A model generated the notes under the pieces. The model ran no database searches and was not told the DNA's origin. It was given only the letters and a program-made list of their open reading frames with translations. A stretch of DNA of 64,000 nucleotides. Origin: Vairimorpha necatrix (lineage: Eukaryota). Positions 20,397 through 32,265 of the stretch are shown in pieces; the first letter of the stretch is position 1; each line of letters starts with the position of its first letter. Location: positions 124,001 through 188,000 of the forward strand of contig CP142730.1 in NCBI GenBank assembly GCA_036630325.1, given 5' to 3'. The position numbers and the translations under genes are program-made.

Positions 20397-23300
20397 TGAT
20401 GTATCCCACTCTGAAATACGTCTCCAAAATACTTTTATTAAAATTCAGTTTATTATTAATATTTTTATTGTTTAATCCAGGTCTGTCCCCGGTCGTTGTT
20501 CGGTCTGTTTCCTTAATTCTTTGTTGGTTGTGTTTCATCTTGTATTGTGTGGGTCAGGGTCAATTTTTATTTATAGCTTTTATTGTTTATTTGGTACCCA
20601 AACAAACAAACAAACAAAACAAAATTAATAAATGTGTGGATCTTTAAGCAAGGATACCACAACCTGCCCTCTCCATTTTCAGGCCTGCAAATCAGTTGGT
20701 GTTGTTTTTATATTGTCAACATGTATCCACTCCTTCCTTTCGTTAATTTTTATCCAATTCTTTTTCTTACTCACTTCTGTAACCATGTAAGGCCCAACGT
20801 AACAATCGTCAATCTTATTGCCTGTAAAATTCTCGTCTTTTAATTGTTTTCCATTTTCTTGTACTACCAACTTTTTCCTTATATATTTTTTTAGAACTTC
20901 CATGTCCTTGAATTTATCTATCATATAACAACGTGATAGTTTATCGGCTATGTGATTAGATGTTCCTTCAATCGTGGTCAATTCTACATCGTATTTGTTT
21001 AGAATTAATTTCCATCGTTCGGTTCTTTTAAAAATTCCTTATTTTTAAATATGCAATTTCTACTATCAGTCTGTATTTCTATTTTGTATCCCTGTATTAA
21101 TGTTCTGTAAAATTCCAATGTTTTAACGATGGCAAACATTTCTTTCTCTACAATCGTATAATTAAGCTCAGACTGCGAAAATTTTCTGCTATAATAGCCT
21201 ATTACGCCACGTTCTTGGAATAAGACTGCTCCCATCCCGTTATTTGACGCGTCGCATTGTATTGAGAACTTTTTGCTAAAGTCGGGCAGTCTTAGCTGTG
21301 CTGTAGTTTTGATCTCTTCTTTTATCTCTTTTAACGCCAAGTTTTGGGCGTCTCCCCATTTCTCTTTGCAATCATTTTTCAATAGGCGCGATATATAAGA
21401 GACTCGCCTACTTACATCTGTTAAGAAATTGCGATACCAGGTGATTATTCCCATTATCTTCTGTATATCCTTTTTCCTGCATGGAATTGACTCTTCGTTT
21501 AATAGATTATCGATATTTTTAGTATCTATTCTGATCCTGTCGTTTTCAATCACGTTTCCAAGTATTTCTAGTCTCTTGGTCGCAAACATGCTTTTTTCAA
21601 AATTTATTTTAACTCTGTAGTCCATTAGTCGGTTTAATACCTCTAGTAATTTCTCATTATGTTCTTCAGGAGTTGACCCATATATCACTATGTCGTCTAT
21701 ATAAACGATTATATTTTTGATTCCGTGTAATATATAATTAATCGTCTTTTGGAATAATTTGGGTCCTGATTTTATTCCAAATGGTATTCGTTTATATCTG
21801 TATTGTTCTCCAAAAATCGTAAAGCTTGTAATGTCTCTGCTACCCTCTTCAAGTTCTAGTTGGTTAAACCCGTTTTTTAAATCAATTTTGCTGTAATAAG
21901 TGTTTCCTCCAAGTTTATATAAACTTTCATAAATTTTTGGTATTATACATATTTCATCTTTTATAAATTTGTTAACTGTACGATAATCAACTACTAACCT
22001 CAGTTCCTTATTTTTCTTTTCGATAAAAAATGAAGGGCTAGCATAATAGTTTCTACCTCGTTCAATGATATCGTTGGTCAGTAACCTTGATATTTCCTTT
22101 CTAGCATCAGCCTCGTACTTTACTGGTACGGTATAGTATTTAAGTTCCAGTCTATGGTCTCTAATTTTTTCATCAATATAAAGGCTTAGAGGTTCTACCT
22201 TAATTTTATCGTGTTCTTCATTCTTTTTTATATATTCAGTCAATCTACGTGGTATGTTCGTTTCATTTAAAATTTTCGGTTCTTTTATTAATAAAATTCT
22301 GTCATATAGTATAGCATCTATTTCATCTGTTTCTATCTCTTCTGCGCCGATCATTGGTAAAATAGCGTTGTTTACAATGATTCTTTTGTTTTTATAGTCA
22401 AGTAACCAGCCGTTGTTTAGTAAAAAATCACTTCCTAAGATCATTTTTTCTGGCAAATTCTTGAGAATATGTACATCTTCATAAGTCACTTTATTTAGTC
22501 CCGCGAGTCTTATTTCCACTCTGGCTTTTTTATTAGTCTTTCCTTTTGCTCCGTTCCCAAATATAAGTGATATTTCGTCAGTTTCTTGTGTCTTTATTTT
22601 TAACTTATCAGCTATTTCGGCACTCATAAAGCTCTTATTCGCTCCGCTATCGATCATTATGTCAATTGGAGTTTCGTTGATGGATCCCCTTAATTGAGTC
22701 TTCTCAAAATTATGAACGTTTTCCTTTATAAAGTACACGTTTCTATTGTCTTTATTATCGTTATTTCTTTTGTAAAAATCCTTATCATATTTAGTGCATT
22801 CCTCAGTGGTGTGGTTAGAATATTTATGCAACTTGCAGTATTTGTCTTTTTTAAATTCTGAATGGTTATTATGCATTGGTCTATTATCATTACTATTGAT
22901 GCTACGAAATTCTCTAATCTCTTTAGCTCTTATCGAAATTTTTATTTCTAAGCCCTTTAAAAATTCAAATGAAGCTTGGTAACTACCGAAGCCATATTCC
23001 AGTACTCTTCCGTACGTGAACTTCCCCAAGCCGGCATGGAAAGCTTCCTCAAATAGTCTGTCAACCTCTTCATCCATTAGTTTTTCCATTGTCCTTACGA
23101 TAGTTAGATTTTGTTTAATCGCGTCATAGTATTCTTGAATTTTCGTATAGTTTGTCTGGTGTATATTTAACAATTTTCTTCTGTAGTATCTTCGTTCCTC
23201 TAGAGGAAATTTAACCGAAATTAAATATTCCTTAATCTCATTCCATGTTTCATATTTATTGTAGTCCATAAGTTTATCGTCTTTTATCAGTTGTCTTAAT

Positions 23301-23793
23301 ATTGCTAACTGTATTCTTTTATCCCATTTGTTAACTTCTATTAATGTTTCAATTTCTTGGCACCATTTTAAGATGTCCAAACTGTCGATGTCTTCTATAA
23401 TTTTTATTTCTTGGCTAAGTTTGTCTTCTAGTCCTTCTATCTTCATTGAGAAGGTTAGTGATTTAGTGTTAAATTGCTGTTCTTTTTTCTTCTTATCGTA
23501 TTCTTTTGGGTTCTCGTCTTTTGAGCTCAAATTGATGTATCCCACTCTGAAATACGTCTCCAAAATACTTTTATTAAAATTCAGTTTATAATTAATATTT
23601 TTATTGTTTAATCCAGGTCTGTCCCCGGTCGTTGTTCGGTCTGTTTCCTTAATTCTTTGTTGGTTGTGTTTCATCTTGTATTGTGTGGGTCAGGGTCAAT
23701 TTTTATTTATAGCTTTTATTGTTTATTTGGTACCCAAACAAACAAACAAAACAAAATTAATAAATGTGTGGATCTTTAAGCAAGGATACCACA
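20397..23793 (-). mobile_element. Ty3/Gypsy LTR retrotransposon lacking the integrase core
   Basis: TG..CA LTRs 23533-23793 and 20397-20661 (differ by one substitution and one CAAA unit), 5-bp TSD CCATC (20392-96, 23794-98), PPT GGAGAGGGCAGGT. Confidence 0.95.
21005..23674 (-). CDS. Gag-protease-RT-RNase H polyprotein, frameshifted near the RNase H end
   Basis: CKLHKYSNHTTEEC knuckle-like motif, IDSGA protease, LRLVVDYR / IPFGIKSGP / YIDDI RT, CDAS..GMGAVL and EKEMFAI RNase H. Continues in 20679-20981 (NHIADKLSR...GPY) with no HHCC or DDE. Confidence 0.9.
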   Translation of the reverse strand: MKHNQQRIKETDRTTTGDRPGLNNKNINYKLNFNKSILETYFRVGYINLSSKDENPKEYDKKKKEQQFNTKSLTFSMKIEGLEDKLSQEIKIIEDIDSLDILKWCQEIETLIEVNKWDKRIQLAILRQLIKDDKLMDYNKYETWNEIKEYLISVKFPLEERRYYRRKLLNIHQTNYTKIQEYYDAIKQNLTIVRTMEKLMDEEVDRLFEEAFHAGLGKFTYGRVLEYGFGSYQASFEFLKGLEIKISIRAKEIREFRSINSNDNRPMHNNHSEFKKDKYCKLHKYSNHTTEECTKYDKDFYKRNNDNKDNRNVYFIKENVHNFEKTQLRGSINETPIDIMIDSGANKSFMSAEIADKLKIKTQETDEISLIFGNGAKGKTNKKARVEIRLAGLNKVTYEDVHILKNLPEKMILGSDFLLNNGWLLDYKNKRIIVNNAILPMIGAEEIETDEIDAILYDRILLIKEPKILNETNIPRRLTEYIKKNEEHDKIKVEPLSLYIDEKIRDHRLELKYYTVPVKYEADARKEISRLLTNDIIERGRNYYASPSFFIEKKNKELRLVVDYRTVNKFIKDEICIIPKIYESLYKLGGNTYYSKIDLKNGFNQLELEEGSRDITSFTIFGEQYRYKRIPFGIKSGPKLFQKTINYILHGIKNIIVYIDDIVIYGSTPEEHNEKLLEVLNRLMDYRVKINFEKSMFATKRLEILGNVIENDRIRIDTKNIDNLLNEESIPCRKKDIQKIMGIITWYRNFLTDVSRRVSYISRLLKNDCKEKWGDAQNLALKEIKEEIKTTAQLRLPDFSKKFSIQCDASNNGMGAVLFQERGVIGYYSRKFSQSELNYTIVEKEMFAIVKTLEFYRTLIQGYKIEIQTDSRNCIFKNKEFLKEPNDGN

Positions 23794-23962
23794 CCATCTT
23801 CTTACAATCGATCTTCTTCTTCTACTTTGACAGCAGACACGACATTTTTGACATTAATTAAAACATCTTCATTTATGATTTCTAATTTAGAAATATCATT
23901 GTTTCCAGTAGCTAACTGAAGGTTTTCGCTACTGGTATCATTTGGAACATCGGAATTAAAAT
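23794..23962 (-). pseudogene. Duplicated internal fragment of LINE ORF1, split by the Gypsy insertion (continues 20391-20300)
   Basis: NSDVPNDTSSENLQLATGNNDISKLEIINEDVLINVKN...EEEDRL*EDG matches ORF1 NSNVPNVTSSETLQLATGKNDVSNLEIINEDILINVKN. On the other side of the TSD, DGKRKCIGVS...DVKLD matches DGKRMCLE...NVKLD. Confidence 0.85.
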
Positions 23963-24880
23963 TGTTTATTGTAAAAAAGACAGAATCAGCAAAACGAAGA
24001 AAAGCCACCAAAAACTCCACCAACCAGAAAAACATCAATAATTGCGATTACACGCCAGCATACCTCAACGGCCTCCCTTGTAGGAGAAAAATTCGTTCCC
24101 GTAGGTAACAGGTCCTTAGTCATCTCTGACTACATATTTCGCGGACCTGACGAAAACACAACTCCTGGTTCAATACACCATTTAAGAACACAACTCAGTT
24201 CAGCGGAACAATACAGCTTCAGGATCATGCCCAATTTCTCCCAGGTTAAAAATATGAAGAATTACTCGAAAGTTAACGGTGTCCTTCTCACCAGCAATGG
24301 GTCTCCCACCCCTAGAGTATAGCTGACCCTACTTACCAACCAGCAGCAAAAGGTTGGTAAGACTTAGAGATCTGCACCTAGTTAAAAAACATCAGTCCCA
24401 CCCTAAAAAAAATAAAAATAAAAATAAAAATGTTTATTGTAAAAAAAGACAGAATCAGCAAAACGAAGAAAAGCCACCAAGCCACCAAAAACTCCACCAA
24501 CCAGAAAAACATCAATAATTGCGATTACACGCCAGCATACCTCAACGGCCTCGCTTGTAGGAGAAAAATTTGTTCCCGTAGGTAACAGATCCTTAGTCAT
24601 CTCTGACTACATATTTCGCGGACCTGACGAAAACACAACGCCTGGTTCAATACACCATTTAAGAACACGACTCAGTTCAGCGGAACAATACAGCTTCAGT
24701 ATCATGCCCAACCTCTCCCAGGTTAAAAATATGAAGAATTACTCGAAAGTTAACGGTGTTCTTCTCACCAGCAATGGGTCTCCCACCCCTAGAGTATAGC
24801 TGACCCTACTTACCAACCAGCAGCCGAAGGTTGGTAAGACTTAGAGATCTGCACCTAGTTAAAAAACATCGGTCCCACCC
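23963..24880 (-). mobile_element. Two tandem ~440-480-bp non-coding SINE-like units sharing their 3' ~270 bp with the LINE 3' UTR
   Basis: Copies 23963-24403 and 24404-24880 are near-identical. Their 3' part matches 14593-14865. Both end ...CTTTTTTACAATAAACA, and the copy nearer the rDNA adds a (TTTTTA)n tail. Confidence 0.7.
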
Positions 24881-24970
24881 TCCGCGACGTGGACGCTCTC
24901 TTATGGAGGGTCAGTCCCACCCTCCACATCAAGTACGCTCTCAATACAACACAACACCTACTGGACATAC

Positions 24971-25202
24971 AAAAAAAGCAGTAACCTCAAAATGTCGGCA
25001 TACACCTTCATTCTTACAGTTCTGCTTAAAAGAGTAGTATTCTCCTAAAAATATATCTTTGAGCTACGCTTCAGGCTTAAGAGGCTTTCAGCCTTAATCG
25101 AAACGACGTAGCTAAGCAACATAACTTAATAGTTAATCGCACTACCAGTGGTCATCACTTAGAGTTCCTCTCGTACTATCAAAGTTCACTCAAAAATACT
25201 TA

Positions 25203-25244
<42 letters not shown>

Positions 25245-25679
25245 TCTCACGTTCCTCATTACCGGGTGAACAATCCAACACTTCGTAACATATACACTAC
25301 GATGATCAGAAGAGACGACATCGAAGAATCAAAAAGCAGAGTCGCTATGATCGCTTGCCTGCTACAAGCCAGTTATCCCTGTGGTAACTTTTCAATCACC
25401 CAATACATAATGAATGTAATTGGGATCGCTAGGCCAAGGTTTCCCTACTAAATACAGTCATATGCATAAAGTAAAGCAGATTTATTCCCTTATAATAAAC
25501 TGATGGTTACCATCCATCATTCATCTACCTTAGGACAGCTGTGTTACTTTTTAACAGCTGTACCGCCCCAGCCAAACTCCCCATATATTCTAATAAATAA
25601 ATATTCAAACATACTAGTGGTTTCACAATACTTCTCCCACCTCTCTACAATATACCGAATATTTATTAAAACATACTAA

Positions 25680-25711
<32 letters not shown>

Positions 25712-25810
25712 GATAAATAACAAGCCCGTTCCCTTGTCTCGTGGTTTCACAAAATTGTAAGTAGGGACAGTAGGAATCTCGTTGCTCCATTCATGCGCGT
25801 CACCAATTAA

Positions 25811-25863
<53 letters not shown>

Positions 25864-27457
25864 ATTCGCTTACACAACTTTAACAATAAATGCACTGGGC
25901 AGAATTCACTTCTTGTAAATACAAAAAGCTATGTTTTTAATAAACAGTCAGATTCCTTACATAGTAAAAGTTCTAGCATGCTAGAGCCAATCTTTATCCC
26001 AAAGTTACAGATCTAATTTGCCGAATTCCCTTACTTACTTTAATTTAAAATATTTGTTATGATACAAAGACACCTGATGCGGTATAGGTACGGTTAAAAT
26101 TATTTTATTTTTATCAAGTATATATAATTAACTATTTCTTATCATGACAATCCATAGTTAAAATTAAATTTAATTCATTTATCTTAAATTTATTGAAATA
26201 TACTGTCATTATCAAGTTACCTTATAATAATTTAATAAAGAATTATTAATCTTTTTTGTTTTTATAAATAACACCGATTCACTTCAATAATAATTGAAAA
26301 CCCTAGTCTATATCTATACAAATATATTGTTACTGCCTCCAAGATCGGCTCATTTGTTTCTTCTATATATACTCACATATATACTTCAATACAAACAAAT
26401 TGCACAGCTACCTAAATATTTATTAGAAACATCTCATAAAAGTAGTAATCTTCTTCCATTTTATACAATAATACATTCGGTAGGTACGTTGTAACACGTT
26501 TCTTAGCGGATTTCTACTTCCATAACAACCGCCCTACTGTCTCAATGTATTCATCATATTTATGGTATAATATCTACTATTTAGAATATTTAATGTTTCA
26601 TAAGGTTCATCCCTTTTTGCACATCATTCTTACAATCATGTGCCCACTAGTTATACAATAGATTCATTATATAAATTTAATTTATATAATTCCATAGAAT
26701 TAAAGATTTCTCATAGTTAAAAAACTATAACAGTGTCCTACATCTATGTCCTATATAATAATAACTGCTGTCCTGAGAGACATTTCGCTGTGAACCAGCT
26801 ACCACACAGTTCGATTGGTCTTTCGCCACTATACACATCTTAAATCATCGATTTGCACGTCAGAATGATTATGGTCTTCCAATAAACTGTTGCTTATCTT
26901 CAACCAGAACATGTATAGTTCACTGTGTTTCGGGTCTTATAATTATAACTAATCAAGTTAATAAAGATTAAAAAATTTAATTTTTATCTTGCTATAATTA
27001 TAATCTCCTTGGTCCGTGTTTCAAGACGGGTCCTTAAAAATAAGGCTAAACTCCACACATTTTCACAAGTTCCTTCGCAGTACTTATTTTCTATCGGTAT
27101 ACCATTATATTTAACCTTAGATATTTCATTCTACCTTTATTCAAACTGCACTACCAAGCAGCTCTACTCAAGTACATTATTCTATTCTATTAATAACGAA
27201 TATAATATTCTCTATAAATATAATTAATAGAATAAACCATTTACAACTCCAATTAAGGATTACAATGGAGGGTTATTTCTTGTTCACTCGCTGCTACTAA
27301 AGAAATCCTAGTTAGTTTCTTTTCCTCCTTTTAATGATATGCTTAAGTTCAAAGGGTTATCAATACATTATAAATATATTAATTAGGTAAATAATATACT
27401 TTCGTATTCTATTACGACCTTCATCGTTATGGTATCCTATTGATCCCATGTGTGGGT
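24971..27457 (-). rRNA. Large-subunit rRNA with fused 5.8S-like 5' region (3' end approximate)
   Basis: 5' ACCCACACATGGGATCAATAGG..., then TGAACTTAAGCATATC, CCCGTCTTGAAACACGGACCAAGGAG, GTAACTATGACTCTCTTAAGGTAGCC, GGGATAACTGGCTTG and sarcin-ricin loop AGTACGAGAGGAAC. Confidence 0.96.
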
Positions 27458-27493
27458 AAATTTAATAATTAAAATTAATTTAAATTTAACTTA
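27458..27493 (-). other. Single short AT-rich ITS (~36 nt)
   Basis: Lies between the SSU 3' end (GGATCATAA) and the LSU 5' end. Confidence 0.8.
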
Positions 27494-28741
27494 TTATGAT
27501 CCTGCTAATGGTTCTCCAACAGCAACCATGTTACGACTTATATCAGATCTAATACATATTGTTCAAGTAGTTTTCACTAATTTCACAACACATATCATCT
27601 TAGATAGCGACGGGCGGTGTGTACAAAGAACAGGGACACATTCAATTCTACTTATTTAATAAAATTTACTAGCAATTCCAAGTTCAAATATCTCTTACAA
27701 AATATTATCCCATAAAGATTATATATCTATTGTATTGCGCGTGCAGCCCAAAATGTCTGAGGGCATAACGGACCTGTTTTAATCCTTTCCTTCCTACACT
27801 GATTGTGTCTGTCTATTAATAAAAGGGTCTCACGTCTTGTTGAAATTAATCAAAACTTCACAGCATCCATTGAAAACGGCCATGCACCACTATTATCATT
27901 CTCAGATTATAAAATCTTCTCTGAATAATAAAATATTGGTAAGTTACCTCGCGTTGAGTCAAATTAAGCCGCACAATCCACTCCTTGTGGTATTCTTCCG
28001 TCAATTTCTTTAATTTTCAATCTTGCGATCATACTATCCCCAGAGCCAAAAAACTCAAATTTCTATCATCTAATACAATTAATATCATATCACATCGTCG
28101 GCATAGTTTACTGCTGGAACTACAATGGTATCTAATCATCTTCGCTCCTCCAGCTTACGTCCTTGTTCAAAAAATACATACAAGTGTACAGCTTTCGCTT
28201 CTGTTCGTCCAGTCAGGGTCGTCACATTTCATCTCTCTCCCAACTATACAGTACACCTCATATTGCTTCTTAAATATAAACTACGGACTTTTTAACTGCA
28301 TCAATCATCATACACACTCTTGGAACAAGTATTACCGCGGCTGCTGGCACTTGATTTGCCCTCCAATTAATCACCTCATATACTTTTACAATATGAAACA
28401 ATAGAATATTACTTCCCATAACTGCCTCAGATAAAATCCATAGGTCAAGTTTCGCCCCTGCTGCAATCCTTAGACTTAGTAGCCGTCTCTCAGGCTCCTT
28501 CTCCGGAATATTACAAAGTAATACCGTTACCCGTCATTGCCTTGTTAAGCCATTACCTTAACAACTAGCTGATAGGTCTCACTCTTACTGTATATGTCTT
28601 ATGCTACACTTTAACGCAGTTATACTAATTTAATACATTAAATAAAGTGAGTATTACTGAGCAGTCCATTTTTCCATATCAAAAACATGCATGGGTTAAT
28701 CTTAGGGAATAGCGTCTACGTCAGGCAGAATCAACCTGGTG
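27494..28741 (-). rRNA. Small-subunit (16S-like) rRNA, microsporidian
   Basis: Starts CACCAGGTTGATTCTGCCTGACG; contains GTGCCAGCAGCCGCGGTAA, GTACACACCGCCCGTC and AAGTCGTAACATGG; ~1248 nt. Confidence 0.98.
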
Positions 28742-31700
28742 TTGTGTATTAAAAATCAATATATTTGATTTTAATCAGTATTTATGAAAATATTAGAAAT
28801 AAATATATTTCTTAATACAAATTCTTATAATATAAAATATGAAAACTATAATTGTTTAAAAATACTTAATAAATGATATAATATCAGATTGGATGAAATA
28901 AAATTTTACAAGGGTAAAAAATTATTTTAATAAATCAGCAAATGATTGATTAATCACTGATTCACTGATCAAAATTGTAATCTGAGATTAGCAACATTTA
29001 TAATTGTGTAAAAATTGTATAAAAAAACATGAATTCTAAATGATGCTTTATAAAGAGTTGAATCTACATGATACTACAGTATTATACATGAACACAACTT
29101 ATACTGACAATTTATCTTAAATCATGATAATTCTGATAATTAAATGATTTAATATCTAATTCTCATATATAAAATTATATTGTCTAATACACATTTGTTT
29201 TGTTTATTTGTTGACTTAAACAAATAAACAAGAAACTTGACATCTATATGATGATAGATGTCAATTTGATGTCGACTTATACATAATAAAAATATTTTGA
29301 AAACTTTTAAAAGGTGAGTTTGTGATGTATAATACAAATAAATGCATCATGTATAATTGTATATTAATTTATGTAGTATAAAGTACATATGCTCTTAAAA
29401 TATATTTTTATTTCTTCACTTACTGATAGCTTCATTGGCCTTGTTCCTATTTGATTACATGCACTTCTTTTTTTATTTTTAATGTATGTTTAACAAGAAT
29501 ACTAATTGTTTGTATCGTACATGAAAATATATCTCTAAAAATATTTTTTGTTGATTTTTTGACGTTTACCGGTCAATGATAAGATGTTTGACAGATTTAT
29601 TTTATGTGATATGTCGTTATGACATGACAGTAGCCCTACAAAAATATATAATTATACATGTTTATTTTGTTAGCTTTTGATAAATACAAACAAAATCATT
29701 AAATTTTCTTAAATATAAACATTGAGCCACAAAATTAATATATGAAACGATGAAACACCTAAAAAAATGATAAAGCAACATACCATCATGACTAGGCCCT
29801 TTATTTGGCCGCGACAGAAAAAATAATATATTTTTTGAGAGGTAATTTTTAAACATTTACATATAACTTTAGTTAGAGGAGGAGTTGTAACTGTATATAA
29901 CCAACGTGGGAAATCGGTGTAGCTGTTACAAGAATTGTAAATTTTTTAAAGTAATATCTCAACCCTTCTTTTAAAATGTTTTTAAAGCTTATGCAGGCAA
30001 ACAAATCTCTACTTGTAAAAATATGTTTCGTCAATATTTGATCGGATACTATAGCAAGAAATTATAAAAAACATATATTCCTAAAATATTGAGTTTCTCA
30101 TGGATATATATGTTTTTAAACTATTTAAAAACTTAAGAATAACATTAAATTATTTTAACTCTCGTGGATCTATTTAATTTGACTGTAATTAACAATATTT
30201 ACAAGTAACCCCCTTTTGGTGAAAACTTCAATTTAAATTTATAAGATTATGTTTCTGAATTTGTAAAACGTCTTTGTGTCTCTCGGGATATATTGTCTCC
30301 AACAAAAAATTAGAAAATATTAACAAAATGCATTTTAATGTCTAAAAAAAGAAAACAATAATTTTTTAGAAATAGGTCCATGATTTAATAAAGAAAATTT
30401 TTTTATCAAAAACAGTCGTATAAATATAAAATAAATAGATTCCGATTATAAATTAAATATGAAAATAATTTTTGCATTAGATTAGTGAAATAAAAAAAAT
30501 ATACAATTAAGAATTGTCTCATGGCTTTAGGTTTTTTGCGAAGCGACCCTTACAACTCTAGAATTAGGCTATAATGGCTTATTTCTTCTTCCGTACTTTA
30601 TTATCTAAATTTTCTTTGGGTTCCAAATTCATTTTATGTATTTTGTCTGTATCATGTCTCACTGCAGTCTTCTAGCTCTAGTTCAATTGCACATATACTG
30701 TGGTGTTTGAACAATAACATATTACGTATTTTACAGTTCATACGTTTTCTATAAGCTTTATTTATTTTTGCTATAACAATGACAACTAAATATGGTTTCA
30801 ATATGTAAAGAAATCATTGTATCGTTAATCTTTTTGTCGCAATGTATGATATACAGAACTTACAACTGAGTTTTGATTTCTAATAAAACACTAGTAGAAT
30901 CTGATTCTATTTTCATTTAGATTAAAACCAATCCAAAATGTTTTTAGGTCTTTATTATCGTAAAAAATCTAATACTTCATTTTAAACCATAATTAATTTC
31001 ATTTATGCGAAATTATTATACGCCATAAAAATGTGTAAACTTCGTGCTCTTCTTAATTTATACGTCAATATGTTACAGTATAGTAGAATTTGAATTATGG
31101 ATTTTTATATTATAAATTATAATTTTTTCCGGATTATTTTTATATTAACGATAATTATATTATAGATATTTGGCTTTTGTATAACATATCAATACATTGA
31201 AATACGAAGAAGTGAGAAACAATGACAGAATGTACATAGTTGTTTGTCTAAACACCCTAACGGTTTCAGGCATTTAATAGGATGCTTAAACTTCCTATTT
31301 GAGTTCAGATTTATGTGGTTCGAGTTAAAAATCTTTCCGAAATAAAAATTACTGCAATATCTTTTTTATCTAAATTTTTTCAGACATACAGAGCTGATTC
31401 GATTATTTTTAAAAAAATATTTGTTTTAGAAACAGGATCAATTTACATTATATTGTTCAGACAAACATAAACACTGTATGTTGGACTTCCAATATATATT
31501 TACATATAACATTTATACATTTTCTCATATTATAAGTTCTTTCTTAAATAAAGTAGTCATTATTCATCATATAAAATCAATAATCGTGTAAGACACCCCC
31601 GTTACTAGTATTTTAATTCCCTTTGTACAACTCGACTTTCATCATCTTCAATAAGACCTTTGCATCCTTTTAAAAAATTTGAAACATCCTGGATAAATTT

Positions 31701-31787
31701 TCAATTTGTTACTTTTATATTTTTTTTATATGAGTATTATTGTTTTAATTTTTGATTATTGTTTTTTCTTAATATTTTAAAAGTACA

Positions 31788-32265
31788 CTAGCGCATGCAT
31801 TCTTTTTTTTATAACGCTATCAGCTTGATTCGTTCTTCTTCTTGTTTTTTATTTAAACTTCTACCTGTGCTGGGTGAATTTAAAAAGGAAAGATCATGGT
31901 TTCTAAAAAAGTAGAAATTACATCTAAACAAAACTTAAATAGAAAATTAAATCATACCAACCTAATACCTATAATGAAGTATCTTCTAAATGTTTTAGGT
32001 TCAATTGTTTTATACTAATTATACACATTTTTATGAGTAATATGTTTTCGTTTTTTTTTTTGTGGAAATGTTAAAAAAATTCTAAAAAATGTCTTTATGA
32101 TATATTGGATTTAAGTTTTACAAAAACATAATTCGAATAAAGATGTATAAAAATATAATACATGCTCTTCGAAAAATCAGTTTGAGAATCTCAACTAGAT
32201 TAAATCTTAATGACAAAATAATTATAAAGTTATAAAATTGGTGTGTTTTAAAACACAAAAAAAAC
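31788..32265 (-). mobile_element. Highly degenerate solo Helitron-like unit
   Basis: CTAGCGCATGC end, GAATTTAAAAAGG, and decayed core GGAAATGTTAAAAAAATTCTAAAAAATG...AGTTTTACAAAAA at about the same spacing as in the array units. Confidence 0.6.

Noticed and set aside
15847-23591. Numerous plus-strand ORFs opposite LINE/Gypsy genes (also opposite RQC2, ABCF and EnP1)
   Set aside because: Antisense shadows with Leu/Ser/Phe-rich composition and no CCC/GGG start context.
24620-24650. Hammerhead core CTGA(C/T)GA in the SINE/LINE tail and in the array core block
   Set aside because: I could not build stem II, GAAA, stem III and UH around it by eye, and it lies antisense to the element orientation.
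24831-28404. ORF-track ORFs over the rDNA
   Set aside because: Antisense to rRNA, or overlapping its 3' flank; spurious.
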